A stretch of DNA of 61,282 nt, counting the filler, from Dimargaris cristalligena (lineage: Eukaryota): assembly GCA_003614675.1 (NCBI GenBank). It is 5 parts of 5 records of this genome, joined end to end, with 100 filler letters (N's around TTAATTAATTAA, not from the genome) between each part and the next. Parts side by side here need not be neighbours in the genome. Positions count along the whole stretch, not along the records: positions 36,895 to 49,050 come from ML003049.1; positions 49,151 to 61,282 come from ML003050.1; 3 more parts are not named here. One strand, given 5' to 3'. Each line of letters begins with the position of its first letter. Positions within the stretch are counted from its first letter, which is position 1. Below, one piece after another: positions 37,724 to 51,189 of this stretch. A program made the position numbers and the translations under genes. The notes below the pieces were generated by a model. It was not told the DNA's origin, ran no database searches, and saw only the letters and a program-made list of their open reading frames with translations.

Positions 37724-38993
37724 TACAGCTAGGTTGATCCCAATATGCATCTATTATAGCAGACTATTTATACTGTCTGGCATTATTGTGATAATGATGC
37801 ATTTATAGTTTTTTTGGGTGGACAAATGTCAGTTATAAAAGTTTAAAGGGAATGGGTCATATATAGCACTTATAACAAAGTCCAAGAACTGTTACCTTTG
37901 GTGTAATTGGTATGACACCAACCAGTTCCGGTAGATTATGGCAGCTCCAGCTAGGGTGGTCAGATAACCCAATTCTAAGGCCGAGACATCTAATAGGAGG
38001 TTGGTAGAAGTCCGAAGATATTAAAAATTTGATTCAATTACAAGAAAATAACCACGGTGTTATCGTTAATTATGGCACTGTGATCTATACTCAGGGAAAC
38101 ATAGCACAATGGATGGGTAAATACGGCTAATCCGCCTTAACTATGGCCATGGTTTGGCCGACAGACCAGTGGCATGAATGCTCCTAATAACATTCACTGC
38201 TATACCTGATCGTAAATATATTGGCCCTTTTGGCATTTGTTTTTCTGCCCGTGAATTATATTGCCTGCTTTGGTGTCCGAATTTCCACAGCATTCTTTCC
38301 CCACATTCGTCCCAACCCTCTCTTTTTATTTTCCATACCACCTTACCCCAAGATTAGAATATCATACATATTGCATATCAGGCTACTGTGTGACCAATCC
38401 TATATACAATGACTCAATGGAAGGTCCTGGACCCACGGACTACATAGCCCAAACAGACTCGATCCAGTTAAAGTCACATGTTATGGCATATTCTATTGGG
38501 TGATGGTTAATAATTCGTGCAAGTGAGCATAGCTTTATTTCTCGAAATACAGTGAGCAGAATGTCTCACATGAAACTCGAAAATGCAGGGGGTAGAAGTA
38601 TACATGATACTATGGAAAGAACAGGTACGTCGTTTTGTTGACAATTGGTGGAAATTGATAGTCGATGGGGTTCGTGAAACAAGTCACAGGCAAGGGTTAA
38701 TGATACATTAGCGAAGTGGTAATCAGTGTATCGAATTATTTTGTAAAAAATAATCTGTGGTTCAAATGACCTATGCAATTATTTCGTTTAAAAAGATGGA
38801 AAACACAAATGAATGCCCAGAAAGCCGTAAAACACAAAATGTAGAACACAAATAATGAAGACGTAAATTAATGAGCTTGACGGTCTCATACACTAGTAAA
38901 TTATGGGGTTAAAGCGATAAAAAGGGAGTGAAAAAATAAGAAAAGAGGTAAGGTTAGGGGATAACAGGGGGGCGGCCTATTAATGTGGGAATT

Positions 38994-40412
38994 TTACATG
39001 GAGGATGCGGCGTGGAGGCTGAAGGTTTGAGTGGAGGCTGAGGAGTATTGTACATGGCTAGTGTAAGAATGGTGTTGGTTTAGGGGGGAAGGTACTGATC
39101 CATCATTGGCATGGGGGAAGGGATAACCCATGTAGACCGAGGTCAAAGTGGGGTCCGAGTGGAGGAATCCGGCCTGGTGGGTGGTGTTCAAGGGCAGCGT
39201 GCGGGGGGTGACCATGTCCGCTTCGAGCGAGTGGTGGAGCTGGTATGCGTTCATCTGGGAATCGTTGGAAGTCACGGACGGGGCCAGAAACGCCGGTCGG
39301 GGCAGGAGGGGTTCGGTGGGGGTGGCTGTTCCCATTGACGCGGACGTGGGCCAGTAGGGGGACGACAGGCCCATGGGCGAAGAAGACACGGGGGCCAACG
39401 AATCCATCGAGGGCAGCGTGACCGTCATACCCCCCAGGTGGGAGTACTTGTCGGGGTGCAGTCGACGCTGAAGCAGACCGGAAGCGGTGGGCGAGGTGGT
39501 GGATGACGACGAGGCCGGTGGGGATGCGTAATGCGCGCTAAAATAGGCATTGGCATCGAGGGCATGGGTGGACGAACCGGTATGGTCCGTAGGCGACTGC
39601 GGTGAGAGTGTAGAGAAGAAGGCCATCGGCGGCGTGGCGTACAGGGAGAGGTTCAGTGCATTGGCGGGGCTGGGCAGCGAGGGGGAGGTGGGATCAGTCG
39701 AGAATCCCGGCATAGTGGTTGATCCAACGAGGGTGGTCCCCGACAGTGGACTAGTGTTCCCCGAAGACAGTAGGGTTCCCCCACCTCCTGTGGCCGCCGC
39801 CGCCGCCGCGGCTGCACGGGTAAAGGCGGACGGTCTGCCTCGGAGTGACGTAGGTGGATTACGGTGGTGGGGGTGGAAATGCCCCTGGGTCTTGTTGCGC
39901 GTTCGGAGGGCCTGGCGCTTGTTTTGGAACCAGATTTGCACCGTGCGGGGGGTCATGCTCAGCTGTAAGGCCAGCTGTCGACGTACTTCGGTAGAGGGGA
40001 AGTACGTCTGTTCAAAAACCTGATTGAGGACATGGACCTGTTCGGGAGTGGCCCGCTTTCTCTTGGCCTTGAGCACAAAGTTAAGGGGCACCTCTTCCTC
40101 GTCCTCATCGAAAGTCAGGGCGTAGTTGGGCGGGAGCGCGGAGTTGGTGACCATGGTGCAAGACGATGACGATGAAGACGACGACAGCGGCAGCGGAGGA
40201 GGGCGTGCCATGGGTGGCTGCCTGACTAGGCCTCCCGTGTACTGATTGGGGCTGAGGTAGGAGGGAGTCGAGGTACTCCCCCCGCCCGCGATGAAAGATG
40301 CCTGGTCAGCGGGTGCTAAGTCTTTGATACTCATAGCCAAAGTTCCGTAGGGGGGCAGTGGAGAGGCGCAGCCACTGGAAGCCGGAGTGGGGTAAGGTAC
40401 CGAGGAATTCAT
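38994..40412 (-). CDS. Homeodomain transcription factor (Yox1/Yhp1-like), 472 aa
   Basis: KAKRKRATPEQVHVLNQVFEQTYFPSTEVRRQLALQLSMTPRTVQIWFQNKRQ within Ser/Pro-rich low-complexity sequence. Confidence 0.9.
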   Translation of the reverse strand: MNSSVPYPTPASSGCASPLPPYGTLAMSIKDLAPADQASFIAGGGSTSTPSYLSPNQYTGGLVRQPPMARPPPLPLSSSSSSSSCTMVTNSALPPNYALTFDEDEEEVPLNFVLKAKRKRATPEQVHVLNQVFEQTYFPSTEVRRQLALQLSMTPRTVQIWFQNKRQALRTRNKTQGHFHPHHRNPPTSLRGRPSAFTRAAAAAAAATGGGGTLLSSGNTSPLSGTTLVGSTTMPGFSTDPTSPSLPSPANALNLSLYATPPMAFFSTLSPQSPTDHTGSSTHALDANAYFSAHYASPPASSSSTTSPTASGLLQRRLHPDKYSHLGGMTVTLPSMDSLAPVSSSPMGLSSPYWPTSASMGTATPTEPLLPRPAFLAPSVTSNDSQMNAYQLHHSLEADMVTPRTLPLNTTHQAGFLHSDPTLTSVYMGYPFPHANDGSVPSPLNQHHSYTSHVQYSSASTQTFSLHAASSM

Positions 40413-41716
40413 TTTTTTTATTTTAGATCTGCGAACGATAGATTAACCGATGGCTGTACAGTCGACTTGGCCGAGTCTCAAATTTATGCAAAAACAATTA
40501 ATAACTAGGAGATCAGATAAACGGCGAGGATCGGCACGAAGTGAGGACAGTAAGAATGTAAATATTGGGAAGTACAGTTACGAGAAAAGGGGGTCTCTCG
40601 TTGAATAGGAACACAACTATGGAATCAGTGAAGCTGGGGGAGGGGTAATAATACGACAAAGGATGGGGAAGGGTACAGCTAATTGACTGTCTAAAGTCAT
40701 TGGCAGATACAAGTGGATATCATCGTTAGAATTGATTTAGGAAGCAATGGTCCGTTCTTTTTATATTAATTGGCCGAGCGGGTAGGAAATGAGCTGAACG
40801 CTTGGACGATCCCTCACTCTCTGTTCTTGAGCAGAAAACTAGTTTTGAAATCAACTGGGCTGCCCTTTTAGTGATTGTCCCCCCACCCAACCAATTCCAT
40901 CACGAATCCCTATTTGTGGAGATTGGTGGACGTGGGGGTGACTTCATTTACGAGATGATTGTAGTTTACATAGCCGACACAGGGTGGGGCGCAGAAGGTG
41001 CAAGGCGGACTAGACACAGGGAGGTGGAGTGGGAATATAGAGGGGTAGGTGGAAGGGGAGCATACTCAGTCACACCCATCATGGCGCCTTGGTGGTCACT
41101 GTGGGGAGTCGGGGTTGCTAACGCTATGGTTGAACGGACAGAGAACCGAGAAAACCAGGATGACCGCCCAAGGCGCTGAAGGGAAGTCTGAGAGGGGGGG
41201 TTTCGATACCAGGGGGTTAGAGAGAAACCCCCCACTAACTAGAGCATGTTGGTGAGCGAGGGTGAGGGAGGGGGTTGGGGGCAAAATTAACGCCGGCTGA
41301 AATTCCACACAGAAGGAGATGGATGGTGGTGATACTAGCTTAGTAGCGATTTGCGAGTATAGTCATTTTTTCTTCGATTTAGAAGTCTTATTTCCACTGG
41401 TGGGGTGTATTTGACCTCAGGAGTAAGCAGGAGGAAGGACTAGGGACTAAAGGGGGTGGCTCATAGGCACCAAGTGGCATCGCATAATGTGAGGTATATG
41501 TGGGGTTTAGTTACTCGGGGTACTCTAATTGATGTATTAAACTATATTATTCTATTACCCGCCACCACTCCATGGCCTTACATGAATCGGTTGGTTGTAA
41601 TACTTCCCATTAAATTGCACAAGGCTCCGTCATTCTAAGGCCATCGATATGTAGTGAGTTGGTTAGGGTCATCGATCTGGTAAGTGGTTGGCCAAACATG
41701 GGCCTGGGGCTAATAC

Positions 41717-41718
41717 AT

Positions 41719-41764
<46 letters not shown>

Positions 41765-41765
41765 G
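41717..41765. repeat. Compound (AC)n(AT)n microsatellite
   Basis: Directly visible. Confidence 0.9.
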
Positions 41766-44700
41766 TTTTATTGTGGTAGGTCGCTTCCGAATCAGTGGGG
41801 TGGATTAGCCGTCGATGCCTTTTCTCGCATTCCACTTTTCATCGGCCCGATCGGTCCCATCCCGATGACATCATACCGTTTGTGGGCTCTTCATTTTCGC
41901 CTAGTATCATGTTGCTCTTAGCTCCACAATAGTACGCCATACCACTGTAGATTGTATGAAGTAGAATCATGGAATCCCCCCGGGTTATCGAGCAGTCCAC
42001 GATGCCGGATTTAAGGAATTTGCTTTAAACATACCTTTAGTATTAAATAAAAAGGGTAAACGTGGTAGTTATAAAGCCGCATGTATATCTGGGACTAAAG
42101 TGGCCAACTAGGCTAAGCATCTTTAATTTATGCAGCGAGGACCTACCTTAAGTGGCTGGCAATTAAATTAAACTAGGACAGGTGCCTGAATAAATAAGTG
42201 GGCATTTTCTTTTTCAGCAAGGCCGAGATTATAGCGGGTGTGATGAATATCTATATAAGTCAGTAATAAATACAGCGTATATTGAAACAGTGCATTTTAT
42301 TAGATCTTTTGTTTGGCCATGTGGGCCTCTCGTAAAGGTACCTGAACAGTTGACCATGAGCAATCGTGAAATTTGGTGTGTGGGAGAACGCATCAGTAGA
42401 CACTAGCTGAAAGGGTTGGGAAGAGAGGGGGGGAAGTCGCCAGAATTCTTTAGGGTTTGCCACGAACGGCTCACACTAACTCCGCCATGCATTTGGCCGG
42501 AAGTCCATGGGAGGAATGATGGACTTTCGAGCCCACACCAACGAACTCTATAGTATGGCCCCATCAAATAATTCACTGGATTTCCCCCATGGCCCACTTT
42601 AGGATCCGGCCAGTATTTTTCTCGCTTACTGTCAATAGCTGCAGTCCGTAACACGCGGCCTGAATTGGCCATGAGAGTATGGAATCAGAACGAGTTTTAA
42701 TTGTCCCGCAACTGGTCGGGTACTATAGCACGGAGTCCACCAACTTGTTCCCTGCCAGTTTGGCCAGGCCAGAGGGCTCTATCAAAGTAAACTTGGTCAA
42801 TTGCGGATGAATCCCGTATTGGCCTTTTTCGCTCTCGCGTTATCTTGAAAATCTTGTGTAAAGTAAACCGACGACACCAAACCGGTCTTATAACAGGGGG
42901 ATCAGGTTTTAAACCATTGAACACTCTGGCCCGATCAGGGTAGGCCGAAGTTACCTCCGTATTTTATGACTCAACTTGAGTTCATAAAAAGGGGGGGTGG
43001 GTTTCCCAATAGTCTTTAGCTAGTGAGTAGCACATTGTGACGTGTCTACGTAATGTTCAGGAGTCCATTAATCCATACTTTCCGGTATGTCTCTCTGAAT
43101 AGCAATGTAATAGACATGGTCAACCCAGTCAATGAATAATATCTTTGTAGAGTCCATTATTTTCCTCGGATCAAGTCACCCGAAACCGTATAATTAAGGC
43201 AGGTTGTTGTACCTGGGGATTGAGGGAGTTGTGGGGGTTGCACCTGCGGGGGAAAGGGGAACTGCGGAGGGGTAAGACGACCCTGTAGCTTGAAACGTGG
43301 TCAGCTGCAGACGGTGGGTAGTGACGGATACATTGACTTACATGTTAATTGAAAAAATAACCTGGTGGGAAAGCCACCCACTAATGAAGACGCACTTGAT
43401 CTAGCAGATGGTGATTGTACCACTGTTCTGGGGTAGTGAATTCCCCTCGCTCAAATGATTAGAATACCCCTCTCTTCCAGGCAGGCAGAGAGGTCACCAC
43501 CTACTATGTTCCCAGTCGAAAGTTTATGGTTGTGAAGACTGCTATGCTCCGCTGACGTCATCAAGACAAGTTCAACCGGTATGGCTTTGAATAGACCTCG
43601 ACAAGGAATGCGGATGTCCCCGGAACACTATCGAGAACCATCGCATTAAATCCATTCGTTGGACAGCCTGGTGATGGGTGGGAGGGGGTTCAATGTCAAG
43701 GAATGGGAAGGGGGAAACTGCCTAGGTTACGGTGAGGGCTCGCGTAAGAGAATTGACATGGCAAATGTGGGTGGGGTTCAGTGACCAGTTATGGGGTACG
43801 TTGGTAAGGAGGGGTCTACTGTCACAGTCAGGCGAATCCGCCACTCCTTCTGCACGCTGACCGACTGGGAGGGGGGTTAGCGGAACAGCGGTATACCGAA
43901 TGAGCGAACTCACGGTGTACTGGTAGGGAGTGTACTGCTTCGGCCGAAACGGCATCTAATACGGAAGGTGTGGTCGCGTTCGACATCTTTTCCGGGAATG
44001 AGGGGAGGTGGGAGGTGGTAATAGCCAGGATTCTGGTAGTCCTTCCCCGTCTACTCAAAAGAATTTTATCCACTCACCCCAACCCGACTTTCGGCTCGTC
44101 GACTAGACCCTTGTTCGAAATTAGATGGGGTAATTCTCTTCAAGGATTAATGGTTTGGCCAAGCAAAAGCCGTACAGTCACCAATGGATTGAAGTGTCCC
44201 TGAGGACAGGTGGTGCTATTCAGGATAAATGCCTAATAAAATGGGTGAGGTGCAGTAATAGGGTCCCATATACTCTCCTCAATATTCTTAATTCAATAAC
44301 CCCCCACCAAGCACCCGGCAAAAATGTGTTCTTTATCAGATATAGTCCTAAGTCTCTCACTCACCATGTTCCCCTTATTCATGCCAACTAGTGCTGAGTG
44401 TAGCTAAAATTAAGAGACTGACTATGGAGCGGTCCTACCATACCTTTGTCTTGCTTCCATACACAGTACTAGTTTCAGTGGCACTAAAACTAAGGACCCA
44501 GCGCTAATATCTCTCTCGATGGCCTGAAAAATCGGCCAACTATCCCGGGATTACTGCCAGGCACCATTGGCTGATATTTATCCCCAACCATTCCTTCTCA
44601 CCCTATATTAAACTGATATTCGTTCCCACCCGCTCACTTCAATCTGGATCTACCTCGCCAAGGGGCTGTAAATACAAAAAAAAAGTGAGTACACTACGTT

Positions 44701-47699
44701 TCGGACATGTGGGGTTTCTCGAGGAAACAGGATAGCAATACTAGATTTCCTGTTTAGGGATATCAGGAGTGCTTACCTGGTCACAGTTTCCCCATCTCCC
44801 CCCTATTCTTCTCTCATGTACGCCTCCCCTGGCGCATCAGTGTCCATTGCCACAGTCTTTAGATATTATGGCTGCTGAATTCAATATCCGATTCTTCCTC
44901 CGAGCTAATGAGGATATTCTGACTGCCGTTTATTATGTCCTGGTTATAATATACTTTCCAAAAAAAAATACACACCGCAGGGTAAACTGAAGTTGGCCTA
45001 CCTGAGTGTGTGTGGCCATTGCCCTTGCCAGCCGCTTAACCGAGCAGCCACGGTTACCTATGTGTTATGGTAAACTGAAGGAACTGTGATGAGGTGAATG
45101 GGGCGGTACGAAGTGATGCAGGCGTGATTAGGATAGTAATCAGGGGGACTCCCGTAAGAGCATTGATGATTACCACCACCGACCGTTAATCTTCGACGGT
45201 CGACCACTGATATTAGTAATTGAGGGGCCCGTCCACTATTAAAAGACGTGGTCAAAACAAACAGGTAGATCATTGGGGATGTTCTAAACATATCGAGAGA
45301 TCTAGATATTATTTATAGGCCAATGTCCCTCTATAGGAGTGGAAACGCATTTTCCAAAAGGCGGAACACTTACATTGGAATCCCGGCTAGTTTCAATATC
45401 CGAATAAAATCGCCTGTTTAAAAGTTTTTTTTTCAGTCCTAGAGAATTTCGGGATGTAGGGTAAGGGGGTGCCCGGTATGCCTGGGCAGAGGTGATGTAG
45501 CCGGGTCGATAGTATAGTATATTCATTGCCGTAAAAAGTAGAAGCAATTCTTATCCGCATGGGAACTCGATAGTACTTCATCTTCAAACCAGTTAAATTC
45601 GCCAAATGACGAGTTTCGGCTCAAAAAAGGCATACACCCCACATTTTTGCACGGGATGTGATTGTTGTTTTCGATTTAATGGTGTATATATAAGTCAGGG
45701 GCATCATATATTTAGTGCTGGTTTTCCGATCCCCATGGGTTTTGATTTCTACCACGTCCTACCTGTCCTAGTACAGCGTTGTGGCTGGTTACTCTAGTGG
45801 TCTGATTCACACGTATACATGAGTTGTCCTCGTTTCCAGTAACGGTAATATTCATTCAGACTAGGGTTTTTCATACTCAATTCGCCAAATCCATGGCGCC
45901 ATGGAGAATGCCTGGCTAACAAAGTGATTTTGATTTAAGATTTTAAGTAGTGATGTTGCGGGTACCGGCAATTTTGTATTACAAGATTCCCGAGCCCGAC
46001 TTGCAATTTGCGAATCCCGTATGCACCTCTCGAATCCATTAAAAGAATAAACGCTTGTATCGAGCAACTGTGTGCATCAAGCAAATAAAACCGGCCATTT
46101 AGTTCAATTTGGTATCTCTCTTAATGAGTCAGGACTTCACAATACCGTATTATACAGGGAACTCCAATAGATAATCGGAGGTATTAAGGTCAGGTAGATG
46201 CATGCAGATGGAGTTGGGTCAACAGCCAGGCCATTAAGAAGAATGCTTATACTAGGCCTCAGTGTGACCAATATGGTTAAAGTGACGGCCGAAGGCGAGG
46301 CAGGGGCACGGTTTCTCATACTGAAAGTCCGAATCGAGGATGTCGTGATATGATCCTGATTTCCAATTCCGCGATGGGACTACTCTCGCTTTTGACTACA
46401 CCCTTAGTTCCGAACAATCAACATACACCTTGCATTATGAAGCCATACAACAGTAAGCCGATTTAATACAGACCACAAGATGGTAATATGATGAGTAGTG
46501 CATTGTCCCTTTATGGGATTCTGGACTTAATAGGCACTCTTATTCAACTACCACGGATCCCCTCTAATGGCACCCATATTTACCAAGTGGTACCGAGTTG
46601 CTTGAGCCAAAAGGGCCAAGGAAATATAGATGTATTTGTATTGGTATGTAATTTTAGCGATTGGTGGATTAAGTGCAATAGTAAATGTTGATATTTATTA
46701 CAAATGCTTGTGACCTACATTAATATATATATATATATATACAGCATGTGCTGTCAAAAAGTACACATGTGATGAAAGAAAGCTCTGTGGTGGTGATTCA
46801 CCAGAGATGCCGGCTAGAGGAAATTGGGCCCTTGCTAAATCAGCTGTGCAAGTAAAGGAACCTTGTTAGTTGGGAATAACTTGTTGGTTCAGGTAGTCAA
46901 CTAATTATTATTTCCATATTCATGAAGTACTGCAGTTAATGCAATATGGTTACATACACATGGGGAAATGGCCACATGGGTTGGCCACTTTTAATCAACC
47001 AAGAGTCTATGTGTGTAGGTTTCTATTGGGTATGGCACTGTGAGTATCTTTAACAAATGTCTATTACTTGATAGGTACAGCAAACCACAGTAGGACGATG
47101 CTGATAAATATAGCCACTTGCATATTTATTGTTGTGAGGGTGAGTATATAAGGGTCTATTAAATAAACAGAAGGTAATATGGGCTAGAAAACAAACAATT
47201 ATGGAACCTGAGTAGTATATTTATTTGCTTATACAATAGTGCGGGGTTGTTTATAAGCGGATACTAGGGATGTTGGTCAAAGACAATTAATAGCTGGAAG
47301 ACTCTAATGGTAACAACCGAGTAATAGACTAGGAGATCTTTGCTGTAGAAGGTGCTACCGTGAGTTATTAGGGTACAATTAGGCCTAATATGGGCAAGTT
47401 GCACGAAGGTTGTCATCCAAATTAAGTCAGATTCGCCAGCACCATATATCCGGATTCTTCGATTATAAACGAACCATTACTCGTTAAATCTAGAATGTTT
47501 TAATCATTTTACCGTCGACCCGAGTCTCTGTTAGAGATATTGTCAGCATCATTTTAGCTCATCTGGACTCTCTCTCCCGGGGGCCAGCATATTGGGTTTA
47601 TAACCCCCCCCCCGCCGGGACCTGGTTATCCTCTACCTGTCAAGATTCGCCGAATCCTCCCAGATCCCGCCATAACTATTCCAGCATCCCCCTAATCAA

Positions 47700-48899
47700 T
47701 CAACACAAATGTCTTATTAACCCATTATATTTCCCCCTCTTGACTTTATTGGCTTCATAAGCTCCATTCACTAATTTAAATGACCCATCCATCTCTTTGG
47801 GAGTGCTAAAGATGGGCATACTACTATACCGAAATAAAGAAGATTTGATACCTGCGGTGTCCCAGAGTCTACCACATAAAAAGCCCTGGTTACCTGTGAA
47901 GAAGTGCGCAACTACGGTTTGGAGTTTGGCATTCCACTCCAATGTATAGAGGAGAGAAGGTGATTCCAGGCCGGATCGATGTTTATTTCGAAACTCGGAT
48001 AATCTTGCCAGATTGTTATCGGGCCCTCTGGGCTTACGGGTACGATTAGGGCGATCGGCTAGCTTTTTATCGCGTTTCACCCGGGCCCTGTGTCTGCGCA
48101 AAATTTCCTGAATATGGAAAGTAACAGAGTAACTAACGTCGGGATAACCTTGGGAAAATGCTTTTCCGGAAAGCATAACACAGGTATTAAAAAACTCTTT
48201 TTCGGTTATGAGATCGGAAATGTCGTCTTCTGATGGCTGTGCATATGGCATCCAGCCATTGGCACCTTGGTGTTGTTGATTGCCCTTTTGGATACGAATC
48301 GGGCCTGCCGATGATGTGATGGGGTGCGGCTGCTCACTAGCTCGATCGTCTACTGTCCCTGGTCCATTGTGCGGATATGTATAGTCAGGTTTCCCAAAGC
48401 CGGTAGAGATCGCGAAATTTGTAGGATAATTCTGTTAGGGAAACGCATTATCCCAGTAGCCCGACGGGGTTGCAAAAGTTGAATGCGGGTTATTATCAAA
48501 GCCAGCCGGAGTATTCTGGTAGGTGGTAACCGACCTGCCCTCGCCGTCGTATGTCGTCCCTAGCTCCCCGCCCTGTTGGTTATAGCTGGTATTAACCTTG
48601 AAATCTCCTGCTTGGCACTCGATGAGTGGAGGTAGAGGAGGTGCCTGACCCATCATGGTATTAGGGTAATCCTGGTCCCTGGTTTGGTCCACTGTCGGAG
48701 GTTTGAAGAGATCCCTGGGGGACTGAGCCCAAGAAAGAATGCCTTTCCCTGGAATATAGTCGCCTATCTGATATACATTTTGTTCGGTAGATACCTGGGC
48801 TGGGTTCACGCTATATTTGCCGGTCGCTGAAATGGAAACGGCGAGCGACAGAAGGCAGGTTACGGCGACTACACTACCGGATAGCTTGGCAACCGACAT
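47700..48899 (-). pseudogene. Secreted-protein gene (400 codons) with a single in-frame TAA at 48437-48435
   Basis: Signal peptide MSVAKLSGSVVAVTCLLSLAVSISA; ORFs 48435..48980 and 47700..48251 share a frame, and the 61 codons between them are open. Confidence 0.7.
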
Positions 48900-49050
48900 G
48901 ATGCGGGTTAGGGGGCTTATTAGGGTTGGAAAGACGGGATAAAGACGGTATACACTATGCACTAGGAGAGTAATCCCCACAGATATCGTGGCGATAATGC
49001 TAACTTGAAAGCGGGTGATAAAATAAAACTAAGATGGGGCTTTGGGGAGA

Positions 49051-49150
49051 NNNNNNNNNNNNNNNNNNNNNNNNNNNNNNNNNNNNNNNNNNNNTTAATT
49101 AATTAANNNNNNNNNNNNNNNNNNNNNNNNNNNNNNNNNNNNNNNNNNNN
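49051..49150. other. Assembly gap
   Basis: Directly visible. Confidence 0.99.
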
Positions 49151-50078
49151 CATTTAATAGTCAATATCTATCAAAAGATAATCTGCACGATTATAACGTC
49201 TTTACCTTGGCCCTATCCCACACTAGTCCGAATTGTAATATAAACCTATTCCATACCAACACCCTGTGACATAATAGGCATTTGCCTAGGCCCAGCCGAT
49301 TAAAAAGACTATGTAACTGAATCATTACATTGAACTAAAGCCCAGTTTAGTTACTAACAGTGCCTTTCGTGTATTGGCAGATGCAAAGTGGAGTTGCCAT
49401 TACTATTCCTGGATAACCCCACTAGTGTTATCCCAACTATAACTATTTCCCTTCCAGATTATTTTTTTGTTTATATTTATATGGCTACCTAATATACCCC
49501 TCATACGCCCACTTCAAATAAGGGCTCGGGTTTAGGTACCTATATAATGATATCCCGGCGCGTGTCATCCATTAGTAATACCCGGCCGAGAGAGTACCTA
49601 CACATATATTAGTAATATCCCATTAGATTATTAGTGCGGTTTACCACTTCGACATTTAGAATGAATGAATGAATGACACATAAGTGATATATAGACGGTG
49701 TCAGAAAATCTCGTAGTCACTCTACAGGGATAGCAATTGCTACGTCGGTGTTTACCGATACTGAATAATGTACTTTAACACATCAGCAAAAACCAACACC
49801 ACTGGGCACCAACTGTTTACCAACCACATAATGGCCGTGACTATTTCAGCTATAAGGCCCACTAGGGAACAGATGTAATAATTTAACACCCACAACTAAA
49901 TAGTAAAATGTATAGAGAGTGAAAGATTCACCAAGAATATAGAGGAGATTAAAAACAGCCGCATATGGATCTGAGGGAAGTATATTTGGACAGGCAGAGT
50001 GAAAACATATATAAGAGCCGACAAAGCATGGTCTGTTAAACTGATTGGTCGCCTAGTTACTGGCCTGACCATATTTAG

Positions 50079-50990
50079 CTAAGCGGACCAAACAAATTTA
50101 GACATAGACTGTTCCAACAGCCCCTCGGACTCCTTGAAAGACAAAATAGCATTCTCACCGTCCTTGACCAACTTGAGGAACTCCGACCTGCGAACACGAA
50201 GAGCTACAATGGGCTGACCACCGTCCGCGGGCCTGTTTACGATGAAATTCTCCGAGTATCCTAGGCCGCTGTAGTAGGCTTCGGGATCAGGAAATGTTCG
50301 AGATACATCAAAAGGGTTATTCTTGATATGCATTACAGCATTGTTATACCCGAGGAATCGGGCGCATAGGAGCGGGTTATCACCACGCCCTTTGAATATT
50401 TTGATTGTCTGACTAAACAGCTCTTCAATATCGAATTCCAGCACCATAAGACCGAGAAAAATTTTAGTCACCTTCCTATACTCATGATCGGGGAACTTGA
50501 GCCCTTCGCGATACATTGCTTTCATAGTCTCCAAATTGCCATAGCGGGCTGCGAGGGCGAACAGAAAAGGTAGAAACTTTTTGAAGTAGAACGTGTCCAT
50601 GATAAGGCTCGACGCGGGAAGAACAGTCACTGTGCTATTGGCGGGCGGGTTGTACTCTGTGGTGTAGAGTCCAAGGCTTTTGTAATCTTTTTGATGCCAG
50701 TTGTAGATATCAGGATACACACTACCGTTCAGGATACCAGTGAGCCATGGGAAGGCGGCCTTTCGCTGATTAACGTCCAATGCATCGTAATTAGCATATA
50801 CCCAATCATTATATGTCTTACTCTTCTTGTAATCTGATTCAGAATACAGGAGCGAGAATTTGCCGGTTGTTGTATTCTGACCATACTTTTTGCCAAATTC
50901 CATCCCAGACGAACCACTTTCCAAGGGAGCCAATTGACTGAAGAATATATCGGCTGGAACTTCTCTCTTTCTAGAACCGTCAGCCGCCAT
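50079..50990 (-). CDS. Hypothetical protein (303 aa), possibly the last exon of the upstream secreted gene
   Basis: Long ORF with an ankyrin-like helix pair LFALAARYGNLETMKAMY; preceded by a TACTAAC branch motif (~51058) and an AG at ~51006 in frame with the ORF. Confidence 0.65.
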   Translation of the reverse strand: MAADGSRKREVPADIFFSQLAPLESGSSGMEFGKKYGQNTTTGKFSLLYSESDYKKSKTYNDWVYANYDALDVNQRKAAFPWLTGILNGSVYPDIYNWHQKDYKSLGLYTTEYNPPANSTVTVLPASSLIMDTFYFKKFLPFLFALAARYGNLETMKAMYREGLKFPDHEYRKVTKIFLGLMVLEFDIEELFSQTIKIFKGRGDNPLLCARFLGYNNAVMHIKNNPFDVSRTFPDPEAYYSGLGYSENFIVNRPADGGQPIVALRVRRSEFLKLVKDGENAILSFKESEGLLEQSMSKFVWSA

Positions 50991-51189
50991 GCCGTGGGAG
51001 TCGTACTATTGTTATTAATGGGTTGGTTAATTGAAAAATAATGAATGGTTGGGTTAGTAAAGCATCTAGCGGAATACATATAATACCTGTGTGATACGGG
51101 TAGCTGGTGATAGAAGTAAATACAGTCAAACTAAATTATGCGATATTGCCGAAACATTTATTTTCCGCATAAAGACAGATTGCCACCTA

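Noticed and set aside
38994-40412. Mating-type locus (homeodomain gene plus pheromone-like peptides)
   Set aside because: A single Yox1-like gene with no divergent HD partner, HMG gene or receptor; the peptides lack CAAX and tandem repeats.
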